A stretch of DNA of 30,095 nt, from NCBI GenBank assembly GCA_017882655.1, contig JADGPB010000001.1, forward strand, positions 1-30,095. The letters are read 5' to 3'. The notes below the pieces were generated by a model. It saw only the letters and a list, made by a program, of their open reading frames with translations, did not search any database and had not been told where the DNA came from. The translations under genes and the position numbers were made by a program. This stretch comes from Propionibacteriales bacterium. GTDB taxonomy: Bacteria; Actinomycetota; Actinomycetes; Propionibacteriales; Propionibacteriaceae. Positions 18,698-26,426 of this stretch are shown here, piece by piece (position 1 is the first letter of the stretch; the number at the start of each line of letters is the position of its first letter).

Positions 18698-20395
18698 TCA
18701 CTTGGCCGACTTCAGTCGCGTCATGATCATCAGCATCTCTGAGTTGGTCGCGTACGGGTCGGCCTCGCTGGGCCAACCCACCGCCTTGTCAGTGCGGTAG
18801 ATCATGCGGGCCGGCGCGTAGAACAGCGGTGTCACCGGGGCCTGTGTGACCATGACGTCGACCAGTTGGCCCACGAGCGACTTCTGCTCGGCCGGATCCG
18901 TGGAGCCCGACAGCTTCGTGACAATCGCATCCGTCGCAGGGTTGCTGTACCTACCGACGTTGGAGCGTACCTCGGTCTTCGTCGGGAACAGGCCGCTCGA
19001 CAGCTTCGCACCGAGGTTGCGGGCGACCTCGCAGCCGCCGTTCAGGTACTCGATCAACGCGTCGAAGTTGCCGCTCTTCTTCTGCAGGTCGACGGCGTCC
19101 GGCGGGCTGGTGATGAGCTTGGCGTCCAGCTTCATCTCTTTCAGGTTGCGGACGATGATGTCGGCGGCGCCCTGGTAGTCGATCCAGCCGGCCTGCACCG
19201 AGAAGGTCACCGGCATTGCCTTGCCGTCCTTGGTGGTCCGGAAACCGTCGCTGCCGACGGCGTATCCTGCAGCGTCCAGCATCTGGTTGGCTTTGGCGGT
19301 GTCATATTTCAGCACCGTGTCGGTGTTGGCCATGGCGTCGGGTAGCAGCGCCTTTGCGTATGGCAGCTTCAAGCCTGTTTGCGACGCGACACCCATGACG
19401 CCGTAGGTGGCCTTCTGGGTCATCTGCTCTTTGTCGAACCCTTGGCTGACGGCCACCCGGAATGCGGAGTCGTTCCATGGCGCCTTCGTCAGATTCGGGG
19501 TGAAGACGGTGCTGCCGGCCGGGGCGTACCAGAAATGGTTCAGTTCCGGATCCTTGGCCTGGAAGGAGTTGGCTGGATTTGGAATCTCGCCCCAGTACGC
19601 GTCCAGCTGGCCCGACGTCAGCTTCAGGGCGGCATTGGTTGCGTCGAAATTGCCCGCAAGGACCAGGTGGTTGATCTTCACCTTGTCTGCCTGCCAGTAA
19701 TCCTCGCGGCGATCCAGGACGAGTTTCCGTCCATTGTACGAGCCGACCTTGAAGGGGCCGGTGCCGACGGGCTTCGTGTCGACGTATTTCGACGGATCGC
19801 CGACGCTGCTCCACACATGTTGGGGCACGATCTTGGCGGTGATCAAGCTGTCGAACTTGGCGGCGGCATTACCGGTGAAGTCGATGACGACCTTGTTGCC
19901 GTCGACAATGACGGATTTGGCGCTGCCGCCAAAGGTGTCGCTCCACAGGCCGATGTCGTCCAGCGCGGGATACTGCTTCTTCATGTTGAGCGTGAACGCC
20001 ACGTCCTCCGCCGTCAGTGGCTGGCCGTCCGACCACTTGACGCCATCGCGGATCGTGAAGGAGAGCTTGGTCGGACCGTCCCACTTGTAGTCGGTGGCAA
20101 GCCACGGAACGACCTGACAGTTCATGGAACTGCGGATCATCAGCGGCTCATAGAAGTACGTCTTCGACGTCGAGCTCGGCGACCAAGGATTGTAGTTCTC
20201 GATGCCGGCGACGTTGTCCGCCACCTCGGCGGGCAACGTCAGCTGCTCGATCATGTTCTCGGTGCCGTTCCGGTTCACTGATCCGGACGCGGCCGGGCCA
20301 GCATTGCTCTGGGTAGCCACTTTGCCGGAGCAGGCGCCGAGGGTGAGCGCACCGGACAAGACAAGAGCGGCCGCGAGCGTCCATCTGCTCTTCAT
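18698..20395 (-). CDS. Family 5 (Opp/Dpp-type) ABC solute-binding lipoprotein, probably oligosaccharide-binding
   Basis: Lipobox LTLGA-C; PWLAT…W, GVKWSDGQPLTAEDVAFT, PVGTGPF, FRVAVSQGFDK. ATG at 20395 has an AAGGAG RBS. The sugar substrate is inferred from neighbouring GH genes and the LacI gene. Confidence 0.9.
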   Translation of the reverse strand: MKSRWTLAAALVLSGALTLGACSGKVATQSNAGPAASGSVNRNGTENMIEQLTLPAEVADNVAGIENYNPWSPSSTSKTYFYEPLMIRSSMNCQVVPWLATDYKWDGPTKLSFTIRDGVKWSDGQPLTAEDVAFTLNMKKQYPALDDIGLWSDTFGGSAKSVIVDGNKVVIDFTGNAAAKFDSLITAKIVPQHVWSSVGDPSKYVDTKPVGTGPFKVGSYNGRKLVLDRREDYWQADKVKINHLVLAGNFDATNAALKLTSGQLDAYWGEIPNPANSFQAKDPELNHFWYAPAGSTVFTPNLTKAPWNDSAFRVAVSQGFDKEQMTQKATYGVMGVASQTGLKLPYAKALLPDAMANTDTVLKYDTAKANQMLDAAGYAVGSDGFRTTKDGKAMPVTFSVQAGWIDYQGAADIIVRNLKEMKLDAKLITSPPDAVDLQKKSGNFDALIEYLNGGCEVARNLGAKLSSGLFPTKTEVRSNVGRYSNPATDAIVTKLSGSTDPAEQKSLVGQLVDVMVTQAPVTPLFYAPARMIYRTDKAVGWPSEADPYATNSEMLMIMTRLKSAK

Positions 20396-20499
20396 TGAAA
20401 CATTCTCCTTCTCAACCCTCGTCATTGGGGGGGAGGATCCCGAGGGCCCTTGGGCACAGAGTATGGCCGGCGGGACCCAATGGCTAGGCATTCTGGCCC

Positions 20500-20579
20500 T
20501 GAAAGAACTTTCTGTGCGGCGCGGAACTATTTCCACAAATGGGTGAAACTGGTTCCTCAGCAGGCCTGGCCTGGTTTCC
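20500..20579. promoter_or_regulatory. Four degenerate palindromic sites at exact 22-bp spacing (putative LacI-type operators)
   Basis: TGAAAG-AA-CTTTCT (20500), CGGAAC-TA-TTTCCA (20522), TGAAAC-TG-GTTCCT (20544), CTGGCC-TG-GTTTCC (20566), in the divergent SBP/GH94 intergenic region. Confidence 0.5.
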
Positions 20580-20606
20580 ACGAGAAGCCAGTGCTAGACA
20601 TGGGAC

Positions 20607-23600
20607 GTGCTCCAATCATCCAGCCGCGTGTTACGACCACCCTTGGAACTGACCTCGGGGGATGCCCATGCTGAGTTCACCTCAGCAATGTCACCGACGC
20701 GTTTCGACGTAGCTGGCCTGAGCATGATTCTTTACCCTGCCAGCCATTTCGAGGCTGGGCTGACCGGGCTGTACCTCCGGCCGCGGGAGAGCGGCGCCCC
20801 CGCTGTCCCGATGCTCGGCCCGGCATCAGAAGGAACAACGTCGATGGCGGGTGACGCCATCGTGCGTCGCGGGCGCCACGGCGCCTTGGAGTGGAGCGTC
20901 GAGTTCTCCTTCGGCCCCGGCGGCCACGACTGGCGTTGGCAGGTCGGGCTGCACAACCGGTCAGGGAAGGCCTTGGCGTGCGATCTGGTCGCAACGCAGG
21001 ATTTCGCACTGGCACCCTACGAAGTGGTCAGAACCAACGAGTACTTCGTAAGTCAGTACTTGGATCTATCCGTCATCAGCGATCCCGAGTTCGGCAACGC
21101 TGTCGCCGTCCGGCAGAACATGCCGGGCGATCGTCAGCCTTGGGCGGTCCTCGGCTCTCTGGGCCGCGGTATGGGCTGGGCGACTGATGCGCTACAGCTA
21201 CGGACGCTGCGGAACGGACGACCGGTCCTGGACGTGTCGCACCTCCCGTCCAGGCGCCTTCAGCACGAGCACACGCTAGCCGCTCTGGCTTCCGACGAAC
21301 TGAACGTCGGCCCTGGTGAAACGGTCTTCGCTGGCTTCTTCGGTGCCTTCGTCGAAGACCACCCGGACGCCACTGGCCCCGCGGACGCCGACCTGGTCCG
21401 GCGGGTGCACGCCGCATCACGGGAGCGGGCCCGAGGTGAGGCGTCACCGGATGACGCCGGCGAACCGGGCAGAGGCGACGCGAGCGCCCCCGAGACCGAC
21501 AAGGGTGTTCCGCGAGGGACCATCTTCGACTCCCCCGTGGCACCCGCGTCCCCTCTGTCGGACGCGATCGCGGAACGCTGGTTCCCAGGCAGCCGAGACC
21601 TCGTCGAGATCGCACCCGACGGGTCGGCGTGGGCGTTCCGGACGGAGTCCGGCGAGCACGTCACGGCACGGGAGAAGGAGTTGTCGGTCCTGCGCCCGCA
21701 CGGCCAGATCCTTCGGACGGGCGACGGGATCACCCCCGAGGCGGGCACACTCACCTCGACGATCTGGATGCGGGGCGTCTTTGCGTCCCAGGTCACCGCG
21801 GGGCACGTGAGCCTTGGCGGGTTGGTTTCCGGCGACCGCACCTACCTCGGTCTGCAGGACGCTCACGGTCTGCGCGCCTTCGTGCGGCGAGCCGGCGCTT
21901 GGGAACTGCTGGACGTCCCGACCGCCTGGACGCTCGGGCTCGATGGTGCGCGATGGCTGTACGACCTGGCCGGCTCCGAGGTGGAGGTCGCCACCAGGGC
22001 CTGTGTGGACGCCCACCGCCTTGAGTTCACGATCCGCACCGTCGGCGACATCGACCTCATACTGCTGGCCGTTCAGCTGGCGCTCGGCGCCGACGACGGA
22101 CAGACGCCCGAACGCGTCACCATCGAGGGCAGCGGCCCGGTTGTCGCCGCATCCGGAGGCGGACGCATCCTGCGCCTGGATTTCGGCGACCGGGACGTCG
22201 AGTACGGCGGCGACGAGCTTCTGTTCGCCGATGGCGAGAGCCGCGACCTGCCCTGGCTGTGCTGCGCTCTCGACGCCCCCGGCGAAACGGCATTCTCTCT
22301 CACCTCCGGGGTGGCCGCGGCGGACGCCGGGCCCGAGCCGTTACGGCAGCCCGCCCTGTGGTCCGAGCTGCGCGCCGGGCTCGGCCTGGCCGGAACCGCC
22401 CGCGACGAGAACGTCGTCACCTTGGACGCGATCCTTCCCTGGTTCGCCCACGACGCCCTGATCCACTACCTGTCGCCGCGCGGACTCGAGCAGTACACCG
22501 GCGGCGCCTGGGGCACCCGCGACGTCTGTCAAGGCCCGGTGGGCCTGCTCACCGCTCACGCGCACGACGACGCGCTACGCGACGTCCTGCTGCGGGTCTT
22601 CCGCGACCAGAACGCGCGCGGGGACTGGCCGCAGGCCTTCGACTACCTGCCCCCCGACGGCGAGATCGGGCAGCGGGACGCCCACGGCGACGTCGTCTAT
22701 TGGCCCCTGCTCGCCCTGGGCGACTACCTACTCACCACCGGCGACACCGCGCTGCTGGCCGAGGAGCTGCCCAGCCGCGGCGACGGCGCCCGGACGCCAC
22801 CGGCGCCGATCGCGGAGCACGTACACCGGGCTATCGAGCACATCGAGTCGACCCTCGTCCACTCCACACCGCTGCCTGCGTACGGCCACGGCGACTGGAA
22901 CGACTCGCTGCAGCCGGCCGACCCCAAGCTGGCCTCGCACATGGTCTCCACCTGGACAGCCACCCTGCAGTCCCAGGCGCTCAGCCGGCTGGCACAAGGC
23001 CTCGCCGCCGCCCGCGCGGAGCCCGAGCTCGGCGCGCGCTGCGCCGAGCTGGCGGCCGCCACGCGCGCATCCCTCGGCGAGCTGCTGCTCGCCGACGGCG
23101 TCCTGTCCGGATACGCGGTGTTCGACCAGGACCCAACCACGCCGGAACTGCTTGTGCACCCGCGAGACCACCGGACCGGACTCACGTACGGCGTCCTTCC
23201 CTGGGTCCACGCCATCGCGGGGGATCTAGTCTCCCCCGAGCGGGCGCGCCATCACCTCGACCTGTTGCACGCCCACCTGTGGGGTCCCGACGGCGCCCGC
23301 CTGTTCGACAAGCCGCCGGTCTATCGCGGCGGCCCGATGGAGGTGTTCAAGCGCGCGGAGGCGGCGACGTTCTGGGGCCGGGAGATCGGCCTGATGTACA
23401 CCCACGCCCATCTGCGCTACTGCGAGGCGCTCGGCCGGGTCGGCGACGCGCAACGGCTCTGGGACGGCCTGCTGCTCGCCGTCCCGCTCGGACTGAGTGA
23501 TCGGGTACCGGTGACGCGCCCACGCCAGACCACCTGCTACTACTCCAGCTCTGACGCGGTCTTCGCCGACCGGGTTCAGGCTGGGGAGCAGTACGCCGAC

Positions 23601-23963
23601 ATTGCCCGCGGCGCGGTGCCGCTGGAGGGGGGCTGGCGCGTCTATTCGTCGGGCCCAGGGTTGTTCCTGCGGCTCGTCGTCGAGTGCCTGTTGGGCGTCC
23701 GGCGCCGGTCGGACGCTGTGGAGGTCGACCCCGTCCTGGCCCCCAGCCTGGACGGCCTCGAGGCCCGAGTGCCCTACCCGGGCGGCCCGCTGACCCTGCG
23801 GTACGCGGTGCGCGGTCCCGGCCACGGTGTGCGGTCGGTGCGAGTGGACGGCGTCGACGTCCAGACAACCCCCCTGATCAACCCCTACCGGACGCCCGGT
23901 GTCGCGGTTGCGAGCAGCGCGCTCCGCCCGGGGTCCGTAGTGGACGTGGAAGTGGGGCGATGA
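20607..23963 (+). CDS. GH94 glycoside phosphorylase, 1,2-beta-oligoglucan phosphorylase (SOGP)-like
   Basis: About 1,118 aa; SPRGLEQYTGGAWGTRDVCQGP, YGHGDWNDSLQP (GH94 catalytic Asp motif), FWGREIGLMYTHAHLRY, GWRVYSSGPG. The size and motifs fit my recollection of the Listeria Lin1839/Cphy_0694 SOGP group rather than ~800-aa cellobiose phosphorylases. The start is uncertain (20607 or 20628). Confidence 0.8.
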   Translation: MLQSSSRVLRPPLELTSGDAHAEFTSAMSPTRFDVAGLSMILYPASHFEAGLTGLYLRPRESGAPAVPMLGPASEGTTSMAGDAIVRRGRHGALEWSVEFSFGPGGHDWRWQVGLHNRSGKALACDLVATQDFALAPYEVVRTNEYFVSQYLDLSVISDPEFGNAVAVRQNMPGDRQPWAVLGSLGRGMGWATDALQLRTLRNGRPVLDVSHLPSRRLQHEHTLAALASDELNVGPGETVFAGFFGAFVEDHPDATGPADADLVRRVHAASRERARGEASPDDAGEPGRGDASAPETDKGVPRGTIFDSPVAPASPLSDAIAERWFPGSRDLVEIAPDGSAWAFRTESGEHVTAREKELSVLRPHGQILRTGDGITPEAGTLTSTIWMRGVFASQVTAGHVSLGGLVSGDRTYLGLQDAHGLRAFVRRAGAWELLDVPTAWTLGLDGARWLYDLAGSEVEVATRACVDAHRLEFTIRTVGDIDLILLAVQLALGADDGQTPERVTIEGSGPVVAASGGGRILRLDFGDRDVEYGGDELLFADGESRDLPWLCCALDAPGETAFSLTSGVAAADAGPEPLRQPALWSELRAGLGLAGTARDENVVTLDAILPWFAHDALIHYLSPRGLEQYTGGAWGTRDVCQGPVGLLTAHAHDDALRDVLLRVFRDQNARGDWPQAFDYLPPDGEIGQRDAHGDVVYWPLLALGDYLLTTGDTALLAEELPSRGDGARTPPAPIAEHVHRAIEHIESTLVHSTPLPAYGHGDWNDSLQPADPKLASHMVSTWTATLQSQALSRLAQGLAAARAEPELGARCAELAAATRASLGELLLADGVLSGYAVFDQDPTTPELLVHPRDHRTGLTYGVLPWVHAIAGDLVSPERARHHLDLLHAHLWGPDGARLFDKPPVYRGGPMEVFKRAEAATFWGREIGLMYTHAHLRYCEALGRVGDAQRLWDGLLLAVPLGLSDRVPVTRPRQTTCYYSSSDAVFADRVQAGEQYADIARGAVPLEGGWRVYSSGPGLFLRLVVECLLGVRRRSDAVEVDPVLAPSLDGLEARVPYPGGPLTLRYAVRGPGHGVRSVRVDGVDVQTTPLINPYRTPGVAVASSALRPGSVVDVEVGR

Positions 23964-24057
23964 GCCGCCCAGACGATCGTCCCTGGCTGGTCGTGGTCGG
24001 CGACCGGAGTGGTTCAACTCATTGACCACGGGTCACCGACAGGACGGAGGACGGACG

Positions 24058-26400
24058 ATGATTGAGGTCTCGAAGCGTCGGCTGCTCGTGGACGGCCGGC
24101 CCCGGATCGTACTGGCGGGCGAGTTGCACTACTTCCGCGTCCCGCGTGCCGAATGGGAGCAGCGCCTCGAGTTGGCCGTCGAGATCGGATGCGACACGAT
24201 CGCGAGCTATATCCCATGGCTGTTCCACGAGCTGCCCGACGGGGCGATCGACGTCGCTGGCGCCAGCGCGCCGGAGCGGGACGTAGGGGCGTTCATCGAC
24301 CTGTGCGGCGCCCACGGGTTGTCCTTCCTCGCCCGGCCGGGGCCGTTTGTGATGGCCGAACTGAAGAACGAGGGTCTGCCCTTCCGGCTGTATGCCGAGC
24401 ACCCGGAGATCATGCCGTCCGGCTGGGACGGCCGCCCCGCACCCACGGCCACGGTGGACTACCTCGCGCCCGCGTACCTGGACGAGTGCGACCGCTGGTA
24501 CGGCGCCATCATGCCGCTGCTGGCAACCCGGCTGGCGACACGCGGTGGACCGGTGACGGCTGTCCAGCTCGACAACGAGGTGGGCATGCTGGCCTGGGTC
24601 TCGAACTCTCCCGACCTGACGCCGCAGGCGCTGCGCGAGCTTCGAGGCTGGATCCGAGAGCACCGGGCTGGCGCCGCGAGCGTCTACCCCATGATCGACG
24701 CGGCGGACCAGACGTGGGCGGACGCCGTGCGCACGCCTCGGGAGCAGTGGGCGGGGGCGCTACGGATCGACCTGTCCCGATTCATGCGGTGGCGATTCGC
24801 CAGCTACATCGAGCACCTGCGGGCGCGCGCCGAGTCGCTCGGGGTGACAGGTGTGCCGTTCTGCATCAACATCCATGGCACGTCCGACGGCGGCGGCGAG
24901 TCCTTCGGCATCGGAATCAGCCAGCTCGTCGACGCCTATGCCGGTGTCTCGGGGATGCTGTCGGGCTCGGACCACTACGTGGGGAACCTCACCCTCGACA
25001 CCTACACCGATCTGTACGTGATGAACGCGCAGCAGGCTGCAGTTCACGGCGCCGACCAGCCGGTGACCTCACTGGAGTTCGAGGCCGGAACCGGCGACTA
25101 CGGCGGCGGGTTCGACCTACAGTACGAGCCCTCCACAATCGACCTGAAGACACGGCTGCACGTCGCGCAGGGCGTGCGGTTGTTCAACTACTACCTGCTG
25201 GCCGGCGGCATCAACCCGCCACTGGACGTAGCGGTTCACGACGGCAATGACCGGCTCAGCTTCACCGGCGAGCGCCACGGCACCGCCGCGCCGATCGGTC
25301 CCGAGGGCCAACGCGGCGACACGTTCACAGCGACGCGCAAGGTCATTCGTGCGATCCGCGCCGCGGAACCCTGGCTCGCAGACGCCGACCAGGAGCTCGA
25401 CGACTTGAGCCTGGGCCTCATCCTGGACGCCTACGCCACCGAGTACACCCATCCGGACAGCGCGGCAATGGTGGGCGCTGCAGCGGACCTCCACCTGCAC
25501 CGTGGAGCCGGCGAGCGCCGAGCCTTGGCCAAGTCGGCGTTGATGCTGGGCTACCGGTTCGACGCCACTCATCTCGAACGGTCGGCGGTCCGCGTCGGCA
25601 CCGATGGTCGTCCGGCCTGCCTGCTGGTCGCGACAGCCCGCCACATGGACGAGGCCGTACAGCAGCGCTTGGTCGACCATGTGGCGGCCGGCGGGTCGCT
25701 GGTGGCGCTCGGCCCGGTGCCGGAGGTGGATCTGTCCGGTGCAGTGTGCGCTGTGCTCGCCGAGGCACTCGGACTGCGTCCGGGGCCGGTGCTCGCCGAC
25801 GGACCCCACAGCTACCCGAGCGTCATCGCCCACGGCTGGGCCGCTCCGTTCCCGGAGACCCGGGTGGGCTGGCGGCAGTCGCTGGACGGCTCAGCCGGGC
25901 AGATGGTCCTCACCGATGTGGGGGGCACGGTGTGCGGCGTCGAGGCGACACACGGCCTCGGACGGGCCGTCGTGCTCGCTGCCGCTCTCCCCAGCAGCCC
26001 CATCCTGTTCGGACGAGTCCTCGATCGGCTCGGCGTGCGTCGCGGGCTCGAGCTCACGGCATCCGTCCCGGGCGTATTCGCGACCACGACGCGAGATGGC
26101 GCCGGCAACCGGCTGCTGCACGTGATCAACATCTCCGGCTACCGACCCGACGTCTCGATCAGGGTGGCGGGCGTCGACCGCGAGCTGAGGCTGCGTCCCG
26201 CGCCACACGCCGGGTACATGTTGCCGCTGGGTGTCGAACTCGGGCAAGCGCGTCTGGCTTGGGCGAATGCGGAACTGCTTGCCGTCTCGGGCGGCCAGGT
26301 GCGCTTCGGACCGCCTGCCGGGGACGTTCTCGAGGTTGAGTGGGATGGCAGCCGCCCCACCCTTCCCATTGTTCGTGGGCCCATCGCCGACCAAGGCTGA
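24058..26400 (+). CDS. GH35 (clan GH-A) glycosidase/transglycosidase, possibly a beta-1,2-glucosyltransferase
   Basis: GELHYFRVP, YIPWLFHE, ARPGPFVMAE, VQLDNEVG (acid/base E174), TSLEFEAG (nucleophile E340 or E342), FNYYL, followed by a trimerisation-like domain. ATG at 24058 has a GGAGG RBS. The default annotation would be beta-galactosidase. Confidence 0.8.
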   Translation: MIEVSKRRLLVDGRPRIVLAGELHYFRVPRAEWEQRLELAVEIGCDTIASYIPWLFHELPDGAIDVAGASAPERDVGAFIDLCGAHGLSFLARPGPFVMAELKNEGLPFRLYAEHPEIMPSGWDGRPAPTATVDYLAPAYLDECDRWYGAIMPLLATRLATRGGPVTAVQLDNEVGMLAWVSNSPDLTPQALRELRGWIREHRAGAASVYPMIDAADQTWADAVRTPREQWAGALRIDLSRFMRWRFASYIEHLRARAESLGVTGVPFCINIHGTSDGGGESFGIGISQLVDAYAGVSGMLSGSDHYVGNLTLDTYTDLYVMNAQQAAVHGADQPVTSLEFEAGTGDYGGGFDLQYEPSTIDLKTRLHVAQGVRLFNYYLLAGGINPPLDVAVHDGNDRLSFTGERHGTAAPIGPEGQRGDTFTATRKVIRAIRAAEPWLADADQELDDLSLGLILDAYATEYTHPDSAAMVGAAADLHLHRGAGERRALAKSALMLGYRFDATHLERSAVRVGTDGRPACLLVATARHMDEAVQQRLVDHVAAGGSLVALGPVPEVDLSGAVCAVLAEALGLRPGPVLADGPHSYPSVIAHGWAAPFPETRVGWRQSLDGSAGQMVLTDVGGTVCGVEATHGLGRAVVLAAALPSSPILFGRVLDRLGVRRGLELTASVPGVFATTTRDGAGNRLLHVINISGYRPDVSIRVAGVDRELRLRPAPHAGYMLPLGVELGQARLAWANAELLAVSGGQVRFGPPAGDVLEVEWDGSRPTLPIVRGPIADQG

Positions 26401-26426
26401 GGTTGCTGCGACCGTCCGGCTGCTAG

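Noticed and set aside
20396-20581. 62-aa N-terminal extension of the SBP ORF
   Set aside because: It would bury the signal peptide and lipobox; the ATG at 20395 has a strong SD and this region is the promoter.
21415-21525. Charged low-complexity stretch in GH94 (RERARGEASPDDAGEPGRGDASAPETDKG) as a frameshift or intein
   Set aside because: The frame stays open, conserved-looking sequence resumes on both sides and there are no intein motifs; most likely a linker.
23964-24057. Imperfect inverted repeats between GH94 and GH35
   Set aside because: Short and mismatched GC-rich pairings with no U-tract; not distinguishable from chance.
13524-26426. Active mobile element (ICE, transposon or prophage) carrying the sugar genes
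   Set aside because: No integrase, transposase, terminal inverted repeats, tRNA target or convincing target-site duplication.
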